The translations under genes were made by a program, and so were the position numbers. This document shows, in pieces, positions 11,611 to 22,828 of a stretch of DNA of 64,000 bases; the stretch's first letter is position 1, and the number at the start of each line of letters is the position of its first letter. Source of the stretch: Heptranchias perlo (lineage: Eukaryota); assembly GCF_035084215.1 (NCBI RefSeq), contig NC_090333.1, forward strand, positions 45,942,001-46,006,000, in the 5' to 3' direction. Below the pieces are notes generated by a model that ran no database searches, was not told where the DNA came from, and saw only the letters and a list, made by a program, of their open reading frames with translations.

Positions 11611-12394
11611 CACAGTTGGCCCAGGTATTGCGTTTCTTCAGTGCTTCTATTACGTCAAATGCACTTTCAAAATGACGAAATGTAGCCAAGTATAGTATAA
11701 GAAGTGGGTAAAGAGGATTGCACCAATTACTTTATTTGAGTTACTATTACTAAAATTTATGGTTACAGTTAATAGATTACAGGAAATGTAATTAACATGC
11801 ATGTGGGGGAAATCCTACATTATTAATGAGAATAAGTCTTTATAAATGATTTCACTTTGGATCCAAGCATCGGATCCCAGTGTGTTAAATTATTCCTTAT
11901 TGGCCATTATTTAAACTCCCAGTCAAGGTGTAAACGTTTCCCTCCCAAAAGTCATTTATGTTTCGAATGCTCAGCAACAGTCTCGATACTGTCAGAATTC
12001 TATGTTTATTTTACCCACAGAAATCTGCTTGTTTGACAACCCACTATTCTGTACTTCACCACCTCTTGAAATGACAGAATTTCTTACATTTACTTTACTT
12101 GCAAAGCATTTCCTTTCAGTTAGACTGTTACTAAAGAAGTGATTAAGTGTGCTCGTTACCAATAATAGAAAACGTTTTATTGGGCTTTTGACATTCCAAG
12201 TAATTCAATGGATTGGAAATGGGACAGGGGGAAAACATTTAATCATAAAATAAATCTTACCAGCAAATCCGAGAGACCTCCTGCAATCCGGCACCCGAGG
12301 AAAGACTACAGCTATCTTCTGATTGGGTCTGAAGCTCTTTGTTGTGGCCTACAAATAACTGCTTGACCTACCAGCACACATTTTATTTTCCAAT

Positions 12395-12680
12395 TTTCTC
12401 CCCTCCTCTCTTGGGTGCTGACCCTTGCTGGGATACAGTTCCATGACGCTGTACCTCATACAGAGGCTACTCTTCATATGTGAATTCAGAGAGTGAATGC
12501 CAACAAGTAATTCAACTGTGGTGGGGCATCGCAGAGAAGTCCAACCCTGCCCACACAAAACATCCACAAAAGTACTTTAAAGCAGAAGACACTGGATAAA
12601 GATCAGGAGCAGGGACCTTTGCTGAATTTGTTCCCTCCCTAGTCCAAGAGTATAGAGGCCAATTATAGTACACCTGATAT
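12395..12680 (-). mobile_element. Old SINE family copy abutting the satellite
   Basis: GATCAGGAGCAGGGA...CCCTAGTCCAAGAG..GAGGCCAATT resembles ~62050-62140 and ~21450-21510. Confidence 0.55.
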
Positions 12681-12689
12681 TGGAAAGAA

Positions 12690-15600
12690 AAATGGGGTGG
12701 GGTGTAAAAAGGAGTGAGGTGGAAAACATAAAATGGGGCGCGGTGTAAAACAAGGCGGGGTGGAAAACATAAAACGAGGCAGGGTGTAAAACGGGGCGGG
12801 GTGTAAAATATAAAACATGGTGAGGTGGAAAACATAAAACGGGGCGGAATGTAAAACGTAAAATGGGGCGGGGTGTAAAATGTAAAATGAGGTGGAGTGT
12901 AAAATTTAAAATGTAAAACGGGGCGGGGTGTAAATTGTAAAACGGGGCGGGGTGTAAAATGTAAAACGAGGTGGAGTATAAAATGTAAAATGTAAAACAG
13001 GGCGGGGTGTAAAATATAAAATGTAAAACAGGGCGGGGTGTAAATTGTAAAACGGGGCGGGGTGTAAAATGTAAAACGAGGTGGAGTATAAAATGTAAAA
13101 TGTAAAACAGGGCGGGGTGTAAAATATAAAATGTAAAACAGGGCGGGGTGTAAAATGTAAAATGTAAAACAGGGCGGGGTGTAAAATGTAAAATGTAAAA
13201 CAGGGCGGGGTGTAAAATATAAAATGTAAAACAGGGCGGGGTGTAAAATATAAAATGTAAAACGGGGCGGGGTGTAAAATATAAAATGTAAAACGGGGCG
13301 GGGTGTAAAATATAAAATGTAAAACGGGGCGGGGTGTAAAATGTAAAACGGGGCGGGGTGTAAAATGTAAAATGTAAAACAGGGCGGGGTGTAAAATGTA
13401 AAATGTAAAACAGGGCGGGGTGTAAAATATAAAATGTAAAACAGGGCGGGGTGTAAAATGTAAAATGTAAAACGGGGCGGGGTGTAAAATATAAAATGTA
13501 AAACAGGGCGGGGTGTAAAATATAAAATGTAAAACAGGGCGGGGTGTAAAATATAAAATGTAAAACAGGGCGGGGTGTAAAATGTAAAATGTAAAACGGG
13601 GCGGGGTGTAAAATATAAAATGTAAAACAGGGCGGGGTGTAAAATATAAAATGTAAAACAGGGCGGGGTGTAAAATGTAAAATGTAAAACAGGGCGGGGT
13701 GTAAAATGTAAAATGTAAAACGGGGCGGGGTGTAAAATATAAAATGTAAAACAGGGCGGGGTGTAAAATGTAAAATGTAAAACGGGGCGGGGTGTAAAAT
13801 ATAAAATGTAAAACAGGGCGGGGTGTAAAATGTAAAATGTAAAACGGGGCGGGGTGTAAAATATAAAATGTAAAACAGGGCGGGGTGTAAAATATAAAAT
13901 GTAAAACAGGGCGGGGTGTAAAATGTAAAATGTAAAACAGGGCGGGGTGTAAAATATAAAATGGGGCGGGGTGTAAAATATAAAATGTAAAACGGGGCGG
14001 GGTGTAAAATATAAAATGTAAAACAGGGCGGGGTGTAAAATATAAAATGTAAAACAGGGCGGGGTGTAAAATATAAAATGTAAAACAGGGCGGGGTGTAA
14101 AATGTAAAACGGGGCGGGGTGTAAAATGTAAAATGTAAAACAGGGCGGGGTGTAAAATGTAAAATGTAAAACGGGGCGGGGTGTAAAATGTAAAATGTAA
14201 AACAGGGCGGGGTGTAAAATATAAAATGTAAAACGGGGCGGGGTGTAAAATGTAAAATGTAAAACGGGGCGGGGTGTAAAATGTAAAACGAGGTGGAGTA
14301 TAAAATGTAAAATGTAAAACAGGGCGGGGTGTAAAATATAAAATGTAAAACAGGGCGGGGTGTAAATTGTAAAACGGGGCGGGGTGTAAAATGTAAAACG
14401 AGGTGGAGTATAAAATGTAAAATGTAAAACAGGGCGGGGTGTAAAATATAAAATGTAAAACAGGGCGGGGTGTAAAATGTAAAATGTAAAACAGGGCGGG
14501 GTGTAAAATGTAAAATGTAAAACAGGGCGGGGTGTAAAATATAAAATGTAAAACGGGGCGGGGTGTAAAATATAAAATGTAAAACAGGGCGGGGTGTAAA
14601 ATATAAAATGTAAAACGGGGCGGGGTGTAAAATATAAAATGTAAAACAGGGCGGGGTGTAAAATATAAAATGTAAAACGGGGCGGGGTGTAAAATATAAA
14701 ATGTAAAACGGGGCGGGGTGTAAAATATAAAATGTAAAACGGGGCGGGGTGTAAAATATAAAATGTAAAACGGGGCGGGGTGTAAAATATAAAATGTAAA
14801 ACGGGGCGGGGTGTAAAATATAAAATGTAAAACGGGGCGGGGTGTAAAATGTAAAACGGGGCGGGGTGTAAAATGTAAAATGTAAAACAGGGCGGGGTGT
14901 AAAATGTAAAATGTAAAACAGGGCGGGGTGTAAAATATAAAATGTAAAACAGGGCGGGGTGTAAAATGTAAAATGTAAAACAGGGCGGGGTGTAAAATAT
15001 AAAATGTAAAACAGGGCGGGGTGTAAAATATAAAATGTAAAACAGGGCGGGGTGTAAAATGTAAAATGTAAAACGGGGCGGGGTGTAAAATATAAAATGT
15101 AAAACAGGGCGGGGTGTAAAATATAAAATGTAAAACAGGGCGGGGTGTAAAATGTAAAATGTAAAACAGGGCGGGGTGTAAAATATAAAATGTAAAACAG
15201 GGCGGGGTGTAAAATGTAAAATGTAAAACGGGGCGGGGTGTAAAATGTAAAATGTAAAACAGGGCGGGGTGTAAAATATAAAATGTAAAACGGGGCGGGG
15301 TGTAAAATGTAAAATGTAAAACAGGGCGGGGTGTAAAATATAAAATGTAAAACGGGGCGGGGTGTAAAATGTAAAATGTAAAACGGGGCGGGGTGTAAAA
15401 TGTAAAATGTAAAACAGGGCGGGGTGTAAAATATAAAATGTAAAACGGGGCGGGGTGTAAAATGTAAAATGTAAAACAGGGCGGGGTGTAAAATATAAAA
15501 TGTAAAACGGGGCGGGGTGTAAAATGTAAAATGTAAAACAGGGCGGGGTGTAAAATATAAAATGTAAAACGGGGCGGGGTGTAAAATGTAAAATGTAAAA

Positions 15601-18600
15601 CAGGGCGGGGTGTAAAATATAAAATGTAAAACGGGGCGGGGTGTAAAATATAAAATGTAAAACGGGGCGGGGTGTAAAATATAAAATGTAAAACGGGGCG
15701 GGGTGTAAAATGTAAAATGTAAAACGGGGCGGGGTGTAAAATGTAAAATGGGGCGGGGTGTAAAATGTAAAATGTAAAACAGGGCGGGGTGTAAAATATA
15801 AAATGTAAAACGGGGCGGGGTGTAAAATATAAAATGTAAAACGGGGCGGGGTGTAAAATGTAAAATGTAAAACGGGGCGGGGTGTAAAATATAAAATGTA
15901 AAACGGGGCGGGGTGTAAAATGTAAAATGTAAAACAGGGCGGGGTGTAAAATGTAAAATGTAAAACGGGGCGGGGTGTAAAATATAAAATGTAAAACGGG
16001 GCGGGGTGTAAAATATAAAATGTAAAACGGGGCGGGGTGTAAAATATAAAATGTAAAACAGGGCGGGGTGTAAAATATAAAATGTAAAACAGGGCGGGGT
16101 GTAAAATATAAAATGTAAAACAGGGCGGGGTGTAAAATATAAAATGTAAAACGGGGCGGGGTGTAAAATATAAAATGTAAAACAGGGCGGGGTGTAAAAT
16201 GTAAAATGTAAAACAGGGCGGGGTGTAAAATATAAAATGTAAAACAGGGCGGGGTGTAAAATGTAAAACAGGGCGGGGTGTAAAATATAAAATGTAAAAC
16301 GGGGCGGGGTGTAAAATGTAAAACAGGGCGGGGTGTAAAATGTAAAATGTAAAACGGGGCGGGGTGTAAAATATAAAATGTAAAACAGGGCGGGGTGTAA
16401 AATGTAAAATGTAAAACAGGGCGGGGTGTAAAATATAAAATGTAAAACGGGGCGGGGTGTAAAATATAAAATGTAAAACAGGGCGGGGTGTAAAATGTAA
16501 AATGTAAAACAGGGCGGGGTGTAAAATATAAAATGTAAAACGGGGCGGGGTGTAAAATATAAAATGTAAAACAGGGCGGGGTGTAAAATATAAAATGTAA
16601 AACGGGGCGGGGTGTAAAATATAAAATGTAAAACGGGGCGGGGTGTAAAATATAAAATGTAAAACAGGGCGGAGTGTAAAATGTAAAATGTAAAACGGGG
16701 CGGGGTGTAAAATATAAAATGTAAAACAGGGCGGGGTGTAAAATGTAAAATGTAAAACGGGGCGGGGTGTAAAATATAAAATGTAAAACGGGGCGGGGTG
16801 TAAAATGTAAAATGTAAAACAGGGCGGGGTGTAAAATGTAAAATGGGGCGGGGTGTAAAATATAAAATGTAAAACGGGGCGGGGTGTAAAATGTAAAATG
16901 GGGCGGGGTGTAAAATGTAAAATGTAAAACGGGGCGGGGTGTAAAATATAAAATGTAAAACGGGGCGGGGTGTAAAATGTAAAATGTAAAACGGGGCGGG
17001 GTGTAAAATATAAAATGTAAAACAGGGCGGGGTGTAAAATATAAAATGTAAAACGGGGCGGGGTGTAAAATGTAAAATGGGGCGGGGTGTAAAATGTAAA
17101 ATGGGGCGGGGTGTAAAATGTAAAATGTAAAACGGGGCGGGGTGTAAAATGTAAAATGTAAAACGGGGCGGGGTGTAAAATATAAAATGTAAAACAGGGC
17201 GGGGTGTAAAATGTAAAATGTAAAACGGGGCGGGGTGTAAAATGTAAAATGGGGCGGGGTGTAAAATATAAAACGGGGCGGGGTGTAAAATGTAAAATGA
17301 GGTGGGGTGTAAAATGTAAAATGGGGCGGGTGTAAAATGTAAAATGAGGTGGGGTGTAAAATATAAAACGGGGCGGGGTGTAAAATGTAAAATGAGGTGG
17401 GGTGTAAAATGTAAAATGAGGTGGGGTGTAAAATGTAAAATGAGGTGGGGTGTAAAATATAAAACGGGGCGGGGTGTAAAATGTAAAATGAGGTGGGGTG
17501 TAAAATGTAAAATGAGGTGGGGTGTAAAATGTAAAATGAGGTGGGGTGTAAAATATAAAACGGGGCGGGGTGTAAAATGTAAAATGAGGTGGGGTGTAAA
17601 ATGTAAAATGGGGTGGGGTGTAAAATGTAAAATGGGGCGGGGTGTAAAATGTAAAATGAGGTGGGGTGTAAAATGTAAAATGGGGTGGGGTGTAAAATAT
17701 AAAACGGGGCGGGGTGTAAAATGTAAAATGAGGTGGGGTGTAAAATGTAAAATGGGGTGGGGTGTAAAATATAAAACGGGGCGGGGTGTAAAATGTAAAA
17801 TGAGGTGGGGTGTAAAATGTAAAATGGGGTGGGGTGTAAAATGTAAAATGGGGCGGGTGTAAAATGTAAAATGGGGCGGGGTGTAAAATGTAAAATGGGG
17901 CGGGTGTAAAATGTAAAACGGGGCGGGTGTAAAATGTAAAATGAGGTGGGGTGTAAAATGTAAAATGAGGTGGGGTGTAAAATGTAAAATGAGGTGGGGT
18001 GTAAAATGTAAAATGAGGTGGGGTGTAAAATGTAAAACGGGGCGGGGTGTAAAATATAAAACGGGGCGGGGTGTAAAATGTAAAATGAGGTGGGGTGTAA
18101 AATGTAAAATGAGGTGGGGTGTAAAATGTAAAATGAGGTGGGGTGTAAAATATAAAACGGGGCGGGGTGTAAAATGTAAAATGGGGTGGGGTGTAAAATG
18201 TAAAATGGGGCGGGGTGTAAAATATAAAACGGGGCGGGGTGTAAAATGTAAAATGAGGTGGGGTGTAAAATGTAAAATGAGGTGGGGTGTAAAATGTAAA
18301 ATGAGGTGGGGTGTAAAATATAAAACGGGGCGGGGTGTAAAATGTAAAATGGGGTGGGGTGTAAAATGTAAAATGAGGTGGGGTGTAAAATGTAAAATGG
18401 GGCGGGGTGTAAAATGTAAAATGAGGTGGGGTGTAAAATGTAAAATGAGGTGGGGTGTAAAATGTAAAATGGGGTGGGGTGTAAAATGTAAAATGGGGTG
18501 GGGTGTAAAATATAAAACGGGGCGGGGTGTAAAATGTAAAATGAGGTGGGGTGTAAAATGTAAAATGAGGTGGGGTGTAAAATGTAAAATGAGGTGGGGT

Positions 18601-18780
18601 GTAAAATGTAAAATGAGGTGGGGTGTAAAATGTAAAATGGGGCGGGTGTAAAATGTAAAATGAGGTGGGGTGTAAAATGTAAAATGGGGCGGGTGTAAAA
18701 TGTAAAACGGGGCGGGTGTAAAATGTAAAACGGGGCGGGTGTAAAATGTAAAACGGGGCGGGTGTAAAATGTAAAACGGG
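12690..18780. repeat. G-rich minisatellite/satellite of about 200 units: 31-bp C[AG]GGGCGGGG-TGTAAAA-T[AG]TAAAA-TGTAAAA (left) and 24/23-bp units (right)
   Basis: Directly visible tandem periodicity, built from a 10-nt G-box plus 2-3 copies of the heptamer TGTAAAA; degenerate at the left edge. Confidence 0.99.
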
Positions 18781-18835
18781 AGCCAAATTTCAATCAGCTG
18801 TTTTTCGCCTGGCACTAAAAGTTAAAATTACTCCC
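18781..18835. mobile_element. Right terminal arm of a palindromic MITE, continuous with the satellite
   Basis: CTGTTTTTCGCCTGGCACTAAAAGTTAAAATTACTCCC matches both arms of the MITE at 25973-26107. Confidence 0.75.
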
Positions 18836-19919
18836 ATCGAGCCGCCATTTGATGAGAACCTTTAGCAAAATGAGAGAGAACGCAGAGGACATTGGGGATG
18901 GTGAAGAAACAGGAGGGCTCCAACAGTTGGCTACAGTCAGAGATCTTTGGCTGCAACTCATTGACGAAGCTTCAGCTGAACAATCCCTGCTCCCCAGCAC
19001 GAACAGTCATATCCAACTTCTCTCCTAGTCCATCCACCCTCAAATATACTACATCTTACCAAAGACCAACACTGATATTCATGTTAGCTAACATTGTAGA
19101 GTCACCATCTACTAGGGAACATATTGCACACAAAAGATTTTAAAAAGGATCATAATGTTCATGCCTCATTCAACTTAAGAAGCAGTGCGGACAGTTTTTT
19201 TGCCACCAAAGGAACACCTATTCCCCGATGCAAAGGTCAGAAAAAAGGTAGAGGAACACATTGGGCTTGGATTCGACTCCCTTTATATTGCCACGGGAAT
19301 TCCAAGGCAAGGTCTCCACCTACATTCCTGCTCCATTATGGATCATGAATTGCACTCATTAATGGGGAGCAAGAGAGTCAAAAATCTATCCTATCACATC
19401 CTATGCAGTCATCCTCTCTGCCCTTAAAAACCCAACGATACTTAATAAGTTAAGGGACTCATTAACATCATTGATTGGTTTCCGAGAAGATTTTAATTGA
19501 CTGTTAAAATTTACTGCTGACTGATCTATAGCCACAAACATAACCCAGTTCTAGTTCAATGCATTTACAACCACATTACCACCAAAAAGCACACCTACCA
19601 CCGAGCAAATAGAAAGTCCAACTCACAGCCTCAACAAATCTTACAACAAACAAAAGCTAAAATGCACCATGCTAAAAAGAATATATTGTAACTAAACAAA
19701 TCCAGCAACATGATCCATAGCACTAATACTATGTAGTGAAGAACCAAAATGTGACACATTTTAATGCCACCATTTGCAGCTGTACAGAATTGCTGTGATG
19801 GTGATGCACGAGGAAGGTAGGTGTCTTTTTGATGTGCCAGACACAAGTCAAAATTTGATTACTGTACAACTACTGGCTGCTGTCTCCACACTGGGGGTGC
19901 CTGATAATGCTCCGATCAC

Positions 19920-21194
19920 ATTTCCGCCCCTGCCACAATACAGAAACGGCCCTTATCAAATGATATCCTATGTGACAGTGACGATGGTAAACTATCCCTC
20001 CTCATCCTTCTCGATCTGTCTGTGGCCTTTGACACGGTTGACCAATCCATCCTCCCCCGGCGTCCAGCTGGGTGGGACTGCGCTCGTCTGGTTCCATTCT
20101 TATCTATCCAGTTGTAGCCAGAAAATCATCTGCAATGGCTTCTCTTCCTGCTCCCGCACCGTTACCTCTGGAGTCCCCCAAAGATCCATCCTTGGCCCAC
20201 TCTTAGTTCTCATCCACATGATGCCCCTCAGCAACATCATTCGAAAACACGTCAGATTCCACATGTATGCTGATGACACCCAGCTCTACCTTACAATCAC
20301 CTCCCTCGACCCATCCACTGTCTCTCATTTGTCACATTGCTTGTCTGACATCCAGTCCTGGAAGAGCAAAAATTTCCTCCAACTAAATATTGGGAAGACC
20401 GAAGTCATTGTCTTTGGTCCCCGCCACAAACTCCATGCCCTAGCCATGTACTCCACCCCTCTCCCTGGACACAGTATGAGGCTGAACCAGACCGTTCACA
20501 ACCTTGGCAACCTATTTAGCCCTGAGATGAGCTTCCGACCACATATCCGCTCCATCACCAAGACCATCTACTTTCTGCCTCCTTAACATCGTCTGTCTCC
20601 GCCCCTGCCTCAGCTCATCTGCTGCTGAAACCCTCATCCATGCCTTTGTTACCTCCAGACTGGACTATTACAATGGTCTCCTGGCCGCCCTCCCTTCTTC
20701 CACCCTTCATAAACTTGAGCTCATTCAAAACTCTGCTGCCCATGTCCTAACTTGCACCAAGTCCTGTTCTCCCATCACCCCTCTGTCCCGAAACGCCTCG
20801 ATTTTAAAATTCTCATCCTTTTTTTCAAATCCCTCCATGGCCTCACCCCTCTCTATCTCTGTAGCCTCCTCCAGCTCTACAACCCTCCGAGATCTCTGCG
20901 CTCCTCCAATTCTTGCCTCTTACACAGCCCCAATTTTAATCGCTCCACCATTGGTGGCCGTGCCTTCAGCTGCTTAGGCCCTAAGCTTTGGAATTCTCTC
21001 CCTAAACCTCTCTGCCTCTCTGTCCTCCTTTAAGACGCTCTTTAAAACCTATCTCTTTGACCAAGCTTTTGGTCATCTGCCCTAATATCTCCTTACATGG
21101 CTCAGTGTTAAATTTTTTTTGAAAACGCTCCTGTGAAGCGCCTTGGGACGTTTTACTATGTTAAAGGCGCTATATAAATGCAAGTTGTTGTTGT
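19920..21194 (+). mobile_element. L2-clade LINE, 5'-truncated, frameshifted RT and 3' tail
   Basis: FRPCH.TETALIK, LLDLS.AFDTVD, WFHSYLS, GVPQ.SILGP, YADDTQLY and LWNSLP; tail ...GGCGCTATATAAATGCAAG(TTG)n. Confidence 0.93.
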
Positions 21195-21214
21195 GTGCTC
21201 TGTTAAAAAATTCC

Positions 21215-21605
21215 CTCTTCCGCTAATTTTCTCCCTTCAACTGCCAAAGGCATTGAGTCACGGTAGCATATAGTTCCACGGATGCCATCTTCCCTCCAGG
21301 ATCTCACACAACTGACCATTTCACTTGTGCGAATATTGAATGGTGACAGGCCAAATGATCATGGAGAAGCATCACAACCAAGTCCAGTCCTGTTAACATG
21401 CAATGTCCACACACATGCACCTTTTTCAACAGAAGTCACTGGATAGCAATCAGGAACAGGAGTCCTTGTTGAGTTACACCCACCGTAGCCCAGACATACT
21501 GATACCAATTGTAATGCTCCTTCTTCTCTCCAGGTTAATATCAGCTAACTAAAGACAGACTGGGGATTGAACTTGGGACCTTCATGGTTTGCCTGGTCAG
21601 TACTT
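21215..21605 (-). mobile_element. Old tRNA-head SINE family copy
   Basis: The reverse-complement head contains a B-box-like GTTCAATCC (GGTCCCAAGTTCAATCCCCAGTC); the body is shared with other copies. Confidence 0.6.
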
Positions 21606-21649
21606 TCAGTAATTCAGCCTTGCTTTTTAACATTGTTTAACGTTCACTT

Positions 21650-22222
21650 TTTTTATGCTAAACCTTTATAAAACACTGGTTATGCCTCAACTGGAATATT
21701 GTGTTCAATTCTGGGCACCACACTTTAGGAAGGATGTCAAGGCCTCAGAAAGGGTGCAGAAGAGATTTACTGGAATGGTGCCAGGGATGAAGGATTTCAG
21801 TTATGTGGACAGACTGAAGAAGCTGGGGTTGTTCTCCTTAGAACAGAGAAGGTTAAGGGGAGATTTGATAGAGGTGTTCAAAATCATGAACGGTTTTGAC
21901 AGAGCAAATAAGGAGAAACTGTTTCCAGTGGCAAAAGGGTCAGTAAGCAGATTTAAGGAGATCGGTAAAAGACATAAGGAAACATATTTTTACACAGCGA
22001 GTTATAATGATCTGGAATGCACTGCATGAAAGGGTGGTGGAAGCAGATTCAATCATAACTTTCAAAAGGGAATTAGATAAATACTTGAAGGGAAAAAAAT
22101 TACAGGACTATGGGGAAAGAGCAGGGGAATGAGACTAAATGGATAGCTCTTTCAAAGAGCCGGCACAGGCATGATGGGCCGAATGGCCTCTTCCTGTGCT
22201 GTACCTACTATGATACTATGAT
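21650..22222 (+). mobile_element. CR1 LINE 3' fragment
   Basis: LYKTLV.PQLEYCVQFWAPH...LEQRRLRGDLIEVFKI; 3' microsatellite tail ACTATGAT repeats. Confidence 0.93.
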
Positions 22223-22828
22223 ATCAGCAGATTGAGTACAGCTGAATATAATGACATTATTTATAACAAATTATGTAATTGTAGCTTTCTCCTGACACTA
22301 CTGGTGGGTAATTCAAGCCAGTTCACAATTTATGGCTGAATTATACAACCTGATTTGCTTGAACTAGATGCATTTAAATTCATCCCATATCACCCAATCC
22401 AGAATTCAATATAAACTGGGCATTAGAGATTCAGTCAGCACACAGGCAGAAATTTAGGACTTGTGACTGGAGACAGTTTCTATTTATCTGGGTGCAGCAT
22501 ATTTCCCTGATTAACCAAAGGAAGATTATCACTCAGATCAATTTTGCTATAAGTGAAGTGGCTAATAATTTCATTGTGACATAACATTTATTTGTTCGCT
22601 ACTACATTCATTGGAATGTATAAAATTTCAATCAGAAAAGTTTCACTACAGCAGACGTCATTGCCTATTGTGAATTTGTCCAAGGAAAATTCCAGAGGGC
22701 ATTGGGCCATTGAATCAGACACAGAAGGTATTGGTTATACAGGCTGATTGGGATGGGGATTGGGATTTGCACATTGGAAAATAAAAGATTCATCATGTAT
22801 TGATCTGAGGTTGGGAATGCAAGGTAAT

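Noticed and set aside
12690-18780. CRISPR array or telomeric repeat
   Set aside because: There are no unique spacers or cas genes, the context is eukaryotic, and the unit is not TTAGGG.
12512-18815. Three ~2000-aa ORFs (and plus-strand MRWGVKCK-repeat ORFs) as real genes
   Set aside because: They are explained entirely by a stop-free tandem repeat; unit lengths of 31 and 23 bp do not preserve frame.
22651-22727. Plus-strand exon candidate (CTACAG|...GAAG|GTATTG; QTSLPIVNLSKENSRGHWAIESDTE)
   Set aside because: Weak pyrimidine tract, unrecognised peptide and no partner exons; compatible with chance.
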